A DNA stretch of 64,000 bases from Myxococcota bacterium (GTDB taxonomy: Bacteria; Myxococcota_A; UBA9160; JAFDDA01): NCBI GenBank assembly GCA_965228475.1, contig OZ245817.1, forward strand, positions 3,392,001-3,456,000. Reading direction: 5' to 3'. This document shows positions 52,836 through 64,000 of this stretch, in pieces. The position numbers and the translations under genes were made by a program. The first letter of the stretch is position 1; each line of letters opens with the position of its first letter. Below the pieces are notes generated by a model. The model was not told the DNA's origin. It saw nothing but the letters and a program-made list of their open reading frames with translations, and made no database searches.

Positions 52836-53305
52836 AGGGCGGCGAGGATCGAGTCCGCGTCGGAGACCTCGAACTTCATCGGCGCCTCCACGGCGACGTG
52901 CTTCACCACGCCGTCCTCGGCCACGAGGGCGAAGCGCTGGCCGCGCAGGCCGAAGCCGATGCCCGTGCCGTCCATCTCGAGACCGAGGGCCTTCACGAGA
53001 TCCCCGTTGCCGTCGGCGATCAGCTCGACGGCGTCGCCGGCGCCGCGGTCCTTGCCCCAGGCGTCCATCACGAAGGCATCGTTGACGGCGGTGCAGACGA
53101 TCGAATCCACACCCTTGGCCTTGATCTCGGCCGCCTTCTCGATGAAGCCCGGCAGGTGCTTCGCCGAGCACGTGGGCGTGAAGGCGCCGGGCACCGAGAA
53201 GAGCACGACCTTCTTCCCGCCGAAGAGTTCGTCCGTCGTCACGTCGGACATGTCCGTCCGCTTGAGCTTCACGCTGGGAATCTTTTCACCGACCTGGATG
53301 GGCAT
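52832..53305 (-). CDS. Peroxiredoxin (Prx5-like)
   Basis: VPGAFTPTCSAKHLPG, VNDAFVM. Confidence 0.93.
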   Translation of the reverse strand: MPIQVGEKIPSVKLKRTDMSDVTTDELFGGKKVVLFSVPGAFTPTCSAKHLPGFIEKAAEIKAKGVDSIVCTAVNDAFVMDAWGKDRGAGDAVELIADGNGDLVKALGLEMDGTGIGFGLRGQRFALVAEDGVVKHVAVEAPMKFEVSDADSILAAL

Positions 53306-53337
53306 CGCTGGCTCCTTGTGGTTGCGGGAACGCTGGA

Positions 53338-54051
53338 TCATACCAGGGCAGGCCGTTCATCCCAGGTCTCCCCATCCAACGTTCGGCCGGTCCGCTTCTT
53401 TTGCACACCGCCCCACTGTTTAAAGAAGAACGGTACGCCGCGTGCAACACACCGGTCGCGAATACTGCGGACCCACTCCGCCTCGATGGGCCTCGCACCA
53501 GGCCCCGATTCGCCGCCAACGATCACCCAGCCAATACCCGCAAGCGGCAACCGACGGATCGGACCCAGGAGCGGCTCAACGGAGAGGAAGCGGAGCCTAG
53601 CGGGCACCTGTTGCAGGTCGCGAACCCGCTCGACGTAGTCCTTGTTTTCGACGCTCACCCCCATCCAGAGATTGCGAGGCCAATCGAGCTCGGGAGCGAT
53701 CTCGCGCAGGCGCTCGGAGCGTTTCGTCAGCACCTGGAACACGTGCTGATCCGCCCGCTTGATCGTGTCGAACACGGCGCGGATATAGTCGGTTGGCACG
53801 TCGGCATGGAAGAGGTCGCTCATCGAGTTGACGAAGATCACTCGCGGCGTCGCCCACCGAAGCGGCAGCTCCAGCAGATCGGGCTGGAGCGTCGGGCGGA
53901 AGCCGTTGCGGTAGCGGTGCTGCCCCATGGCATGCAGTCGCCCAGCCATGCGTTCCGCGTAGCAGAACTTGCACCCGGGGCTGATCTTCGTGCAGCCCGT
54001 GACCGGGTTCCACGTCGCGTCGGTCCACTCGATCGGGGAGAGCTGGGCCAT
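53338..54051 (-). CDS. DUF5131 / phage Gp37-Gp68 family radical-SAM-like protein
   Basis: [26 protein letters not shown] (Cx6Cx2C), [30 protein letters not shown]. Confidence 0.9.
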   Translation of the reverse strand: MAQLSPIEWTDATWNPVTGCTKISPGCKFCYAERMAGRLHAMGQHRYRNGFRPTLQPDLLELPLRWATPRVIFVNSMSDLFHADVPTDYIRAVFDTIKRADQHVFQVLTKRSERLREIAPELDWPRNLWMGVSVENKDYVERVRDLQQVPARLRFLSVEPLLGPIRRLPLAGIGWVIVGGESGPGARPIEAEWVRSIRDRCVARGVPFFFKQWGGVQKKRTGRTLDGETWDERPALV

Positions 54052-54061
54052 GCCGCGCCTC

Positions 54062-54895
54062 CTAGAAAGGGAGATTCATCTGGGGATTGCTGGACTTGCG
54101 GGCTTCGCGCCAGAATTTCTTGCCCAGCTCGTGCTGGCTGAAGAACCCAAGATGGTAGATGGGTCGACCTCCGTCCTTGGAGCTGATGGCAACCGTTTCG
54201 TCTGGCCCACCGTAGAGAAAGCCACGCTCGCGCATCGAACGGCCGAACTGATCGACGATGAAGTGGCCAAAATCTCCGGTCGTCTCGGCGCGCAGATCCT
54301 TCCACAACGGATTTCCGAGAAAGTCTGCAACGACATTGTTCCCAGGTTCCGAATAGACGCCCTCGTTGCGATGAGCGTCCATGTAGGACGAGATGAGGAC
54401 CAGAAAATCCATGCGTCCTCGCATCAGCTGCTCGACAGTCTCGAAGCGCAGATTCTTGAGGTTGAATGGATCCAGGACACAGAAGGACAGGACCCCGCGG
54501 CCACCGACGCGAGGCGGGAGTTCGGCCACAACCTGCGCAGCAAGGTCGTTTGAGTCGCCCTCCAGGATCCGTACGTCCCGGCCCGGATAGTCACGCTCTA
54601 CGCGATCCCGTAACGCAGCCACACAAGTAGAATCAATGTCACAGAAGATGTAGCGATCGAAGGGATCGCGAACGGCCAAGGCCAAGAGCGTCGACGTCGA
54701 TACGATCCGCTCCGTTTCTCGGATACGTGCACGGCCGGCGCCCGCGAACAGGTCAATGTAGACCCGCGACCACTTCTTCTTCATCGAGGTCGCGAACATC
54801 TGAGCGTAGTTCGAGATCAGGCGGTACTTCTGCTCGGACCACGGCCCGACCGCGGGCGTATGCAACCCATCGTCGGCGAGGCTGGGGCTCGGCAC
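54062..54895 (-). CDS. tcmP: Three-Cys-motif partner protein (methyltransferase-like)
   Basis: [27 protein letters not shown]; adjacent to DUF5131. Confidence 0.85.
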   Translation of the reverse strand: MPSPSLADDGLHTPAVGPWSEQKYRLISNYAQMFATSMKKKWSRVYIDLFAGAGRARIRETERIVSTSTLLALAVRDPFDRYIFCDIDSTCVAALRDRVERDYPGRDVRILEGDSNDLAAQVVAELPPRVGGRGVLSFCVLDPFNLKNLRFETVEQLMRGRMDFLVLISSYMDAHRNEGVYSEPGNNVVADFLGNPLWKDLRAETTGDFGHFIVDQFGRSMRERGFLYGGPDETVAISSKDGGRPIYHLGFFSQHELGKKFWREARKSSNPQMNLPF

Positions 54896-54933
54896 TGCAG
54901 CGGCCTCCTCTAGCTCGGGGCTGCTAGAAAGTA

Positions 54934-54967
54934 CGAAAACTCTATATTTTCGCTATTTTTTCGTCAT
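54934..54967 (-). promoter_or_regulatory. sigma70-type promoter for tcmP with repeated CGAAAA boxes
   Basis: Minus strand ATGACG-17nt-TAGAGT; CGAAAA occurs twice in direct and once in inverted orientation. Confidence 0.5.
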
Positions 54968-55146
54968 TTCACTGCGACCCAACGATCAAGCGCGGCACAA
55001 ACATACGCCAGGGCTTCATGCCAGCCTCAAGGTCTCGGCCAGCCGCTCTTTGACGGCAAAGTGGACGCGCCCGTGCAGCCGATCGAACGACATCGGCGCG
55101 AGTCTAGTCCTCGGCTCGCGGGAGCAGAAGCGATTCGCTCGAACGG

Positions 55147-56823
<1,677 letters not shown>

Positions 56824-56926
56824 GGGGCGGAACGTAGCGGGCCAGGGAGCGTCTCTCTAGCCACGACGACCGTCGTCCGTCGAGTCTTCGGGCATCGGGT
56901 AGACTGCGGGGCGATCGGAGGTCCGG

Positions 56927-59197
56927 ATGGCTCGCTCCCTGCCCGCGCATCACGAACTGGTTCATCGCTCCTGCCCGCTGTGCGAAGCGCACTGCGGCAT
57001 CTCGGTGGAGGTCGACCGCAAGGAACAGCAGGTCGTCACCGTGAAGGGCGACCCGGAGGATCCGCGCAGCCGAGGCTACATCTGCCCGAAGGCCTACGGG
57101 CTGAAGGGCCTCCACGAAGACCCGGACCGGCTGCGGCGCCCGCTGCGCCGCAAGGGCCCCCGCCCCGCCACCGGCCCCGGCGATTTCGAGGAGATCTCCT
57201 GGGAGGAGGCCTTCGACCTCGTCGCCGAGCGGCTCTCGGGCCTGCGCGAAGCCCACGGCGCGAACAGCATCGCCACCTACATCGGCAACCCGACCGCCCA
57301 CGACCTCGGCTCCGTGATCTACGGCCAGACCTTCCAGCGCGCCCTCGGCACGAAGTGGCGCTTCTCCGCGAGCAGCGTCGACCAGCTGCCGAAGATGCTC
57401 TCGAGCGCGTTCATGTATGGGAGCCCGCTGGCGTTCCCGGTGCCGGATCTCGACCGCACGGATCACCTGCTCATGCTCGGCGCGAACCCGCTCGTCTCGA
57501 ACGGAAGCCTTTGTACCGCGCCCGACTTCAAGGGCCGGCTCGAGGCGATCCGCGCACGCGGCGGCAAGCTCATCGTCGTCGACCCGCGTCGCACGGAGAC
57601 CGCGGCGATCGCCGACCGGTGGGTGCCGATCCGCCCCGGCGCCGACGCCTACCTCCTCTTCGCCATGGCGAACGTGCTGTTCGAGGAAGGCCTCGTCCGG
57701 CTCGGCGCCCTGGAAGGCTTCACCAACGGCGTCGAAGAGGTGCGCACCCTCGCCAAGGAGTTCACCCCCGAGGCCGTGGCCGACGCCACGGGCATCCCTC
57801 CGGAGACCACGCGGGAGCTGGCCCGGGAGCTCGCCGCCGCCGAGCGCGCCGTCTGTTACGGCCGCATCGGGACCTGCACCCAGGCCTTCGGCAGCCTCGC
57901 GAGCTGGCTGGTCGACGTCGTGAACGCCCTCGCCGGCAACGTCGACGTGCCGGGCGGTGCCATGTGGCCGCGCGCGGCCTCCGGCGCGGCGAACGACCCG
58001 CCGCGATCGCCGGGCCCGGTGCCCTATGCGCGCTGGCGCACGAACGTGCGGGGACTGCCGGAGTTCAACGGCGAACTCCCGGTCGCCGCCCTGGCCGAGG
58101 AGATCGACGAAGCACCCGAGGACGTGCGCGTGCGCGCGCTCGCCACCATCGCGGGCAACCCCGTGCTCTCGACGCCGAACGGCGAGCGCCTCGGCCGCGC
58201 CCTCGAGGGCCTCGACTTCATGGTGTGCGTCGACCTCTACCTGAACGAGACCACACGCTACGCCGACGTGATCCTCCCGCCGACGGGCCACCTCGAACAC
58301 TCGAACTACGAGATGGTCTTCGACATGGTCTCCGTGCGGCACTGGAGCAAGTTCTCGCCCCAGGTGATGCCGAAGCCCGAGGGCACGAAGCACGTCCACG
58401 AGATCCTGACCGAGATCGCCGCCCGCCTTTCGGGCGTCGGGCCCGAGGTCGTCGAGCAGGTGATGCTCGCGGCACTGCTGCCCGCGACGGTCGGCGGCCC
58501 GCGGACCGCGTGTCCGGAAACGAGCGAGGCCGAGGCCCGCGAAGCCCTCGGCGACGAGCCCGGCCCCGAGCGGCTGCTCGACCTCATGCTCCGCGCAGGC
58601 CCGTACGGCGACCGGTTCGGCGAGCGCGAGGAGGGCCTCTCGCTCGAGGCCGTTCGCACCGCCGAGCACGGCATCGACATCGGGCCGATGGAGCCGCGCC
58701 TGCCCGGCATGCTCGCCACCGAGAGCGGGCGCCTCGAGCTCGCCCCGGAGGTGCTCGTGGCGGACGTCGAACGCCTGCGGGCCGAGCTCCCCGAGCGCTC
58801 CCAGCGCGACGGGCTCGTGCTGATCGGCCGCCGGAACATCCGCTCGAACAACAGCTGGATGCACAACCTCCCCTCCCTCGCGAAGGGGCCGGAGCGCTGC
58901 ACGCTGCTCGTGAACCCCGAGGACGCCGAACGGCTCGGCCTTTCGGACGGCGGCGAGGCGCGGATCCGCTCGCGCGTCGGCGAGGTCGTGGCGCCGGTCT
59001 CGGTGAGCGATGGCCTCCTTCCGGGGGTCGTGTCCCTCCCCCACGGCCACGGTCACCGCTCGCCCGGGATCCGCATGGGGGTCGCCGCGAGCCGGCCCGG
59101 GGTGAATTCGAACCTCCTGACCGACGAGTCCTGCATCGACGTGCCCTCGGGCAACGGCGTGCTCTCGGGCATCCCGGTCGAGGTCTCCCCGGCCTGA
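56927..59197 (+). CDS. Cytoplasmic molybdopterin-dependent oxidoreductase
   Basis: CPLCEAHCG..ICPK Fe-S motif, GANPLVSNG, SNNSWMHN; no Tat signal. Confidence 0.9.
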   Translation: MARSLPAHHELVHRSCPLCEAHCGISVEVDRKEQQVVTVKGDPEDPRSRGYICPKAYGLKGLHEDPDRLRRPLRRKGPRPATGPGDFEEISWEEAFDLVAERLSGLREAHGANSIATYIGNPTAHDLGSVIYGQTFQRALGTKWRFSASSVDQLPKMLSSAFMYGSPLAFPVPDLDRTDHLLMLGANPLVSNGSLCTAPDFKGRLEAIRARGGKLIVVDPRRTETAAIADRWVPIRPGADAYLLFAMANVLFEEGLVRLGALEGFTNGVEEVRTLAKEFTPEAVADATGIPPETTRELARELAAAERAVCYGRIGTCTQAFGSLASWLVDVVNALAGNVDVPGGAMWPRAASGAANDPPRSPGPVPYARWRTNVRGLPEFNGELPVAALAEEIDEAPEDVRVRALATIAGNPVLSTPNGERLGRALEGLDFMVCVDLYLNETTRYADVILPPTGHLEHSNYEMVFDMVSVRHWSKFSPQVMPKPEGTKHVHEILTEIAARLSGVGPEVVEQVMLAALLPATVGGPRTACPETSEAEAREALGDEPGPERLLDLMLRAGPYGDRFGEREEGLSLEAVRTAEHGIDIGPMEPRLPGMLATESGRLELAPEVLVADVERLRAELPERSQRDGLVLIGRRNIRSNNSWMHNLPSLAKGPERCTLLVNPEDAERLGLSDGGEARIRSRVGEVVAPVSVSDGLLPGVVSLPHGHGHRSPGIRMGVAASRPGVNSNLLTDESCIDVPSGNGVLSGIPVEVSPA

Positions 59198-59363
59198 GGC
59201 ACCCCGGGCGCCGGGCCCCGCCCCGCCGAGACCGGTTCGCCCGGGAGGCGGCGGTCAGGGGACCGGGCCCGGTTTGGACTCAAGGGAATCCCGGATCCGC
59301 CGATTCGGGTGCGAGTTGCGCGTGAATTGCGAACGCTCCCCCCGCCCCCCGCGGAGGATTCCC

Positions 59364-59642
59364 ATGCATCGTCTCATCCTGGTCGGCCTCGCCGCTGCGT
59401 TCCTGCCGGCGTCCGGCTGCGCCAAGGCGCCCGTCGTCGCCAACACCTCGGCCGTCGAGCTGCCGCCGGTCAATGCGGGCCCCTCGCCCTGCGACCTCCT
59501 GTTCGAGCGCCTGCGCGGCGCCCAGCCGGCCTCCGCCCAGGCGGCCTGGTTCGGCGGCCCCGAGCGCATGGCCGAGGCGCACCGCGTCCGCGCCCTCGAA
59601 GCGCGCGCCGCGGCGCTCGGCTGCGGCCTGCCGCGCAGCTAG
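59364..59642 (+). CDS. Small hypothetical lipoprotein 1
   Basis: GGAGG RBS; lipobox ASGC; C-terminal RALEARAAALGC. Confidence 0.7.
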   Translation: MHRLILVGLAAAFLPASGCAKAPVVANTSAVELPPVNAGPSPCDLLFERLRGAQPASAQAAWFGGPERMAEAHRVRALEARAAALGCGLPRS

Positions 59643-59799
59643 GCCAATCGCCGGGCGGCAGGCCGCCCGCAGAACACACCCGAAAGCGGCGACGCGCTTC
59701 GCGCCGTCGGCGTGCTGGGTTTCGCCCTCAAGGGTTCCGCCGAGACGGCCGATCCATGGAGGAAGCCCAACACTCGACGTTGGCGAAGAAGAGCCCCCC

Positions 59800-60126
59800 A
59801 TGCGCAACGCACTCGTCCGTCTTTCCCTCGGTCTCGTTCTCGGCCTCGGTTCCGGCTGCGCCGGCACCCTTCCGGAGGCCGCGCCGACGCCTCGCCAAGG
59901 CGCCACCCAGGCGGCCCAGCCCGATCTCGCGGTGGCCGGCTGGCGCGTCCCCTTCCAGTGCCTCGAGCTCTCGGAGCGAATCGAAGCGAGCCAGACCCGC
60001 CTCTACGAGCGGGTCTCGGGCGTGCTCTCGACCGACCGCGCCACCGACGAGCGCCGCCTGCGCTCCCTCGAGGCGCGCGCGGACGAGCTCGGCTGCCTGG
60101 TCCCGGGATCGCCCCATACCTACTGA
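59800..60126 (+). CDS. Small hypothetical lipoprotein 2 (paralog of 1)
   Basis: Lipobox GSGC; C-terminal RSLEARADELGC. Confidence 0.7.
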   Translation: MRNALVRLSLGLVLGLGSGCAGTLPEAAPTPRQGATQAAQPDLAVAGWRVPFQCLELSERIEASQTRLYERVSGVLSTDRATDERRLRSLEARADELGCLVPGSPHTY

Positions 60127-60144
60127 GGGCGCGCGGCCGGCCGG

Positions 60145-61035
60145 CTAGTCCGCGCCCTCGGACGGTGCTTCGGCGTCGGTCAGCAGCATCAGGCTCGAGG
60201 TGTCGAAGCGGCCGCCGCCGCGTTCCTGCACGCGCTCGTAGAAGCCGTCGACGATCTTCGCGACCGGCAACGGCGCCCCGTTGCGTTCCGCCTCGGCGAA
60301 GGCCATGCCGAGATCCTTGCGCATCCAGTCGACGGCGAAGCCGAAGTCGAACTCGCTGGCGATCATCGTCCGGGCGCGCGCATCCATCTGCCAGGATTGC
60401 GCCGCGCCCTTCGAGATCACCTCGACCACGCGCTCCGGGTCGAGCCCGGCCCGCCGCGCGAAGCCGAGCCCCTCGGCGAGCCCCTGCACCGCGCCCGCGA
60501 TGCAGATCTGGTTGACCATCTTGGTGAGCTGGCCGGCTCCGGCCGGCCCCATCCGGACCGCCGTTCGCGCGTAGTGCGCGAGCAGCGGGCGGACACGTTC
60601 GAAATCCGCTTCCTCGCCGCCCACCATCGTGGTGAGCTGGCCCTTGCGGGCGCCCTCCTCCCCGCCCGAGACCGGCGCATCGAGGAAGGCTACGCCGCGC
60701 GCCGCCGCGGCCTCGGCGAGTTCGCCCGCGATCTCGGCCGAAGCGGTCGTGTGGTCGACGAGCACGCTGCCGTCGGAGAGAGCCTCGAGCGCACCCTCGG
60801 TGCCGAGCAGGACGGCGCGCAGGTCGTCGTCGTTCCCCGTGCAGACGAACAGGACGTCCGCCCCGGCGGCGGCCTCGGCCGGCGTTTCCGCCGCGGCGCC
60901 GCCGAACTCCCGGACCCACTCCCGGGCCCGCTCGGCCGTGCGGTTGTAGACGCGGACGTCGTGCCCCGCGCGCGCGAGGTGTCCCGCCATCGGATACCCC
61001 ATCCGCCCGAGACAAAGGAACGCGATCTTCTCCAC
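60145..61035 (-). CDS. 3-hydroxyisobutyrate dehydrogenase-like NAD(P)-dependent oxidoreductase
   Basis: LGRMGYPMA, DAPVSGG, GAGQLTKMVNQ, FAVDWMRKDL. Confidence 0.9.
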   Translation of the reverse strand: MEKIAFLCLGRMGYPMAGHLARAGHDVRVYNRTAERAREWVREFGGAAAETPAEAAAGADVLFVCTGNDDDLRAVLLGTEGALEALSDGSVLVDHTTASAEIAGELAEAAAARGVAFLDAPVSGGEEGARKGQLTTMVGGEEADFERVRPLLAHYARTAVRMGPAGAGQLTKMVNQICIAGAVQGLAEGLGFARRAGLDPERVVEVISKGAAQSWQMDARARTMIASEFDFGFAVDWMRKDLGMAFAEAERNGAPLPVAKIVDGFYERVQERGGGRFDTSSLMLLTDAEAPSEGAD

Positions 61036-61079
61036 CTTCGAGCCCTCCTGCCGAGAGGGCGGCAAGCTAGCATCACCGG

Positions 61080-61994
61080 ATGCAACGCATCGTTTCGCTG
61101 CTGCCGAGCCTGACGGAGATCGTCTGCGAGATCGGCCTCGGTCCCGCGCTCGTCGGTCGCTCCCACGAGTGCGACTTCCCGGAAGACCTCGGCGAAGTGC
61201 CGGTGCTGACGGAAGCCAAGCTCGATGCCGAGGCGCCGAGCGGCGCGATCGATGCCCGCGTCCGGGAGCTCGTCGAGCGCGGGCTCTCGGTCTACCGCGT
61301 GGATCCGGAGCGCCTGCGCGAAGTGGCGCCGGACGTGATCCTGACCCAGGACCACTGCGAAGTCTGCGCCGCGAGCCTCGCCGACGTCGAGGCCGCCCTC
61401 GCCGAATGGACGGGCGCGGCCCCGCGCGTCGTCTCGGTCGCTCCCAAGCGCTTGACCGAAGTGCTTTCGAGTTTCGGCCGCATCGGCCGGGAACTCGGCG
61501 AGACCGACGCCGGCTTCGCGCTCTCCGCACGCGTGCTCGGCGGCATGGAGGAGATCGCCGCGCGCACCCATGCCATTCCCAACCCGCCGAAGGTCGCGTG
61601 CATCGAGTGGCTCGACCCCCTGATGGGCGCGGGCAACTGGATGCCCGAGCTCATCGGCATGGCCGGGGGCGAACCGCTCTTCGGCGATGCGGGCGAACAC
61701 TCCCCGTGGATCGACGCGGTGACGCTCGCCGAGGCGGACCCGGACGTCCTGCTCCTCGTCCCCTGCGGCTTCGACGTCGCCCGAACGCGCGCCGAACTCG
61801 AAGGCCTTCCGGGACGGGAGGAGCTACTCGGCCTGCGCGCGGTGGCCGCCGGGCGCGCCTTCGTCGCCGACGGCAACGCCTACTTCAACCGGTCCGGGCC
61901 GCGCCTGCTCGACTCCCTCGAGATCCTCGCCGAGATCCTGCACCCGAGCCGTTTCCCGGCGCGGCACGAAGGCTCCGGCTGGCAGCGCCTCTAG
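61080..61994 (+). CDS. BtuF-like cobalamin/iron-siderophore substrate-binding protein
   Basis: RIVSLLPSLTE, SHECDFP, PDVILTQ, EWLDP, YFNRSGPRL. Confidence 0.85.
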   Translation: MQRIVSLLPSLTEIVCEIGLGPALVGRSHECDFPEDLGEVPVLTEAKLDAEAPSGAIDARVRELVERGLSVYRVDPERLREVAPDVILTQDHCEVCAASLADVEAALAEWTGAAPRVVSVAPKRLTEVLSSFGRIGRELGETDAGFALSARVLGGMEEIAARTHAIPNPPKVACIEWLDPLMGAGNWMPELIGMAGGEPLFGDAGEHSPWIDAVTLAEADPDVLLLVPCGFDVARTRAELEGLPGREELLGLRAVAAGRAFVADGNAYFNRSGPRLLDSLEILAEILHPSRFPARHEGSGWQRL

Positions 61995-63112
61995 TCCGCG
62001 ACCGCCCCGCCCAGGAAGCGATCCGGCAGGAACGCCTTGGCGTCCTCGGCCGTCGCCTGGCCGGAGATCCAATCGACGATGATCTCGCCGGTCACCGGCG
62101 AGAGCAGGACGCCGTTGCGGTGATGACCCGCCGCCAGCGCCAGCCCCTCGACGCCGGGCACCGGGCCGAGGAGCGGGAAGCCGTCGGGCGTGCCGGGGCG
62201 GAGCCCCGCCCAGGCCGTGCGGAAGGTCGCGTCGCCGAGCCCGGGAAGCAGCGCGCGCCCGATCGCCAATAGCTGGTTGACGCCCTCGGCCGTCACGCGG
62301 GCGTCGAAACCGACCCGCTCCTCGGTCGCGCCGAGCACGACGCTGCCGTCGCGTTTCGGGACGGCGTAGCCTCCGGCGCCGCGGAGCATGTGGCCGAGTT
62401 TCGGGGTCGGAGGGTCGAGCGAAAGGATCTGACCGCGCACGGGCTCGACGGGCGGAAGCGTCGAACCCTCGGGCCAAACGCCCGCGAGACCCGACCAGGC
62501 CCCCGCACAGAACACCACCCGCGGCGTCGACCAGGCCCCGTCGGCGCTGTCCACCCCCGTGATCCGGCCGCCCTCGACGCGGACCCCGGTGACCTCGCAG
62601 CCGGTCTCGATGCGTGCGCCGAAGCGCCGCGCGGCCGTCGCGTAGGCACGGACCAGCAGCGGACTCCGGACGTGGGCTTCGTCCGGGCAGAAGAGCGCAC
62701 CGAGTGCTTCCGGGGAGACCGCGGCTTCGCTGGCTCGCAGGGCTGACGCGTCGAGCCACTCCCCGACGCCCTCGCCAGCGGCGCGCGCCTCGAGAGAAGC
62801 GGCCTCGCCTTCCTCGTGCGCCAGGACGAGCGTGCCGCAGCGTTCCCACTCGCAGTCGACCCCGGAGCGGTCGAGCAGCTCCTTCGCGAGCGGGGCGAAA
62901 CGTTCGTGGCTGCGCTCGGCGAGGGCGCGGAACGCCCCCTCCGCGACGGCCTCGCTGCGCGGCGCCAGCATCCCGGCCGCAGCGCCCGACGCGCCCGCGG
63001 CGAGGGCGTCGCGTTCGAGGAGCGTCACCTCGATTCCCTCGCGCGCGAGGTGGAAGGCGACGCTCGTTCCGATGACGCCGCCTCCGACGACGACGACTTC
63101 ACTCGTTCGCAT
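61991..63112 (-). CDS. thiO: Glycine oxidase
   Basis: GGGVIG, ASGAAAGMLAP, PVRGQ, WAGLRP, GHHRNGVLLSP. Confidence 0.85.
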   Translation of the reverse strand: MRTSEVVVVGGGVIGTSVAFHLAREGIEVTLLERDALAAGASGAAAGMLAPRSEAVAEGAFRALAERSHERFAPLAKELLDRSGVDCEWERCGTLVLAHEEGEAASLEARAAGEGVGEWLDASALRASEAAVSPEALGALFCPDEAHVRSPLLVRAYATAARRFGARIETGCEVTGVRVEGGRITGVDSADGAWSTPRVVFCAGAWSGLAGVWPEGSTLPPVEPVRGQILSLDPPTPKLGHMLRGAGGYAVPKRDGSVVLGATEERVGFDARVTAEGVNQLLAIGRALLPGLGDATFRTAWAGLRPGTPDGFPLLGPVPGVEGLALAAGHHRNGVLLSPVTGEIIVDWISGQATAEDAKAFLPDRFLGGAVAD

Positions 63113-63207
63113 CATCCGAGGTTAGCGCCCCCTCGGCGGCGAGGGCCTCCGCGCGAGCCAACCGCCCGCCGTCTTCCGACGACGGGCGGCAAGCTCCCGC
63201 GTTGGCG

Positions 63208-64000
63208 CTAGAAGGCGTACTGCCAGCCGACGGTCGCGATCCAATCCGTCTCGAGCTGCGGGCCGTCGAGGGATTGGTGGACCGGGCGCGCGATCTCGAT
63301 CGCGAGCCGATTCCCCGCCAGCGGACCGTCCGGCACGACGAAGTTCAAGCCGAGGGCCGCGTCCACGCGCCGGCCCGCCCGCAGGGCGGTGTCGGCGGTC
63401 GGGACGAAGTTCTCGTTGAAGTCGTCGTCGTCCCCGACGATGTCCTTCCACTTCTCGAAGGCCAGGCGGACCGAAGCCGAGACCCACTGGACGATCTCGT
63501 ACTCCACCCAGCCGGTCGCCATCATGCGATGCCCGAGCCGGTAGCCCTCCCGGTTCCGGCCGATGCGGTACGTCCCCTTCACCTGGCTGCCGAGGCGGAA
63601 CCGGCCGAAGTGGCCGTTCCAGGTGAGACCGGGCTGGAAGTCCGGCGTCCCCGAGCCGAGCTGCATCGGGTACGGGAGCTTCACCCGCTCCCCCCCGGTG
63701 AAGGGCAGGTTGTCCTCCGCCCGCAGCGTGCCCGTCGGCGCGCTCATGCCGATGTCGAGCAGGAGCTCGTTCTGCTGACCGGCGAAGACCCGGGCCAGCA
63801 TCGAGAGCTTCACGTCCCCGAGCCCCTTCGAGCGCGTCGTGAAGCTGCCGCCCATGCGGGTGCGGTGCTCCATGTCGAGGCGCAGGAAGGGCACCATCGC
63901 CATCAGGGTGATCTCGTCGCTCGGGGCCCACATGGCGCCGAGCATGTGCATCTCCATGTCCATGGCGGTGGGCGTCACCGGGAAGTTCGCCAGGACGTCC
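63208..64000 (-). CDS. Outer-membrane beta-barrel 'transporter' family protein, C-terminal part (truncated by window edge)
   Basis: Met-rich MDMEMHM, GLGDV, PTG, YPMQLGSG, C-terminal VGWQYAF. Confidence 0.7.
   Translation of the reverse strand, partial: DVLANFPVTPTAMDMEMHMLGAMWAPSDEITLMAMVPFLRLDMEHRTRMGGSFTTRSKGLGDVKLSMLARVFAGQQNELLLDIGMSAPTGTLRAEDNLPFTGGERVKLPYPMQLGSGTPDFQPGLTWNGHFGRFRLGSQVKGTYRIGRNREGYRLGHRMMATGWVEYEIVQWVSASVRLAFEKWKDIVGDDDDFNENFVPTADTALRAGRRVDAALGLNFVVPDGPLAGNRLAIEIARPVHQSLDGPQLETDWIATVGWQYAF

Noticed and set aside
53338..54051. Prophage, suggested by the Gp37/Gp68 family name
   Set aside because: No structural, integrase or replication phage genes nearby

Overview
High-GC (roughly 70% by eye) bacterial chromosomal segment from a diderm organism (kdsB, BAM-type outer-membrane proteins, lipoproteins). 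Gene content suggests Myxococcota/Deltaproteobacteria, which is inference only. I call about 49 CDS. They include housekeeping genes (kdsB, purU, topB, hisS, speA, dapL, ettA, thiO), a complete six-gene alternative complex III operon (actABCDEF), and lipid/acyl-CoA catabolism genes. Most notable: (1) three tandem giant (1037-1178 aa), cysteine-paired DUF1302-like outer-membrane proteins converging on a DUF1329-like periplasmic protein, which is itself divergent from a two-component system; (2) a candidate ~310-nt structured ncRNA with its own terminator; (3) a lower-GC tcmP/DUF5131 two-gene islet; (4) two inverted, covarying ~100-nt hairpin elements; (5) window-wide signals of leaderless transcription and TAG-dominated stop codons. 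I saw no CRISPR array, rRNA, tRNA, transposase or integrase. All family calls come from motif recognition, not database searches.
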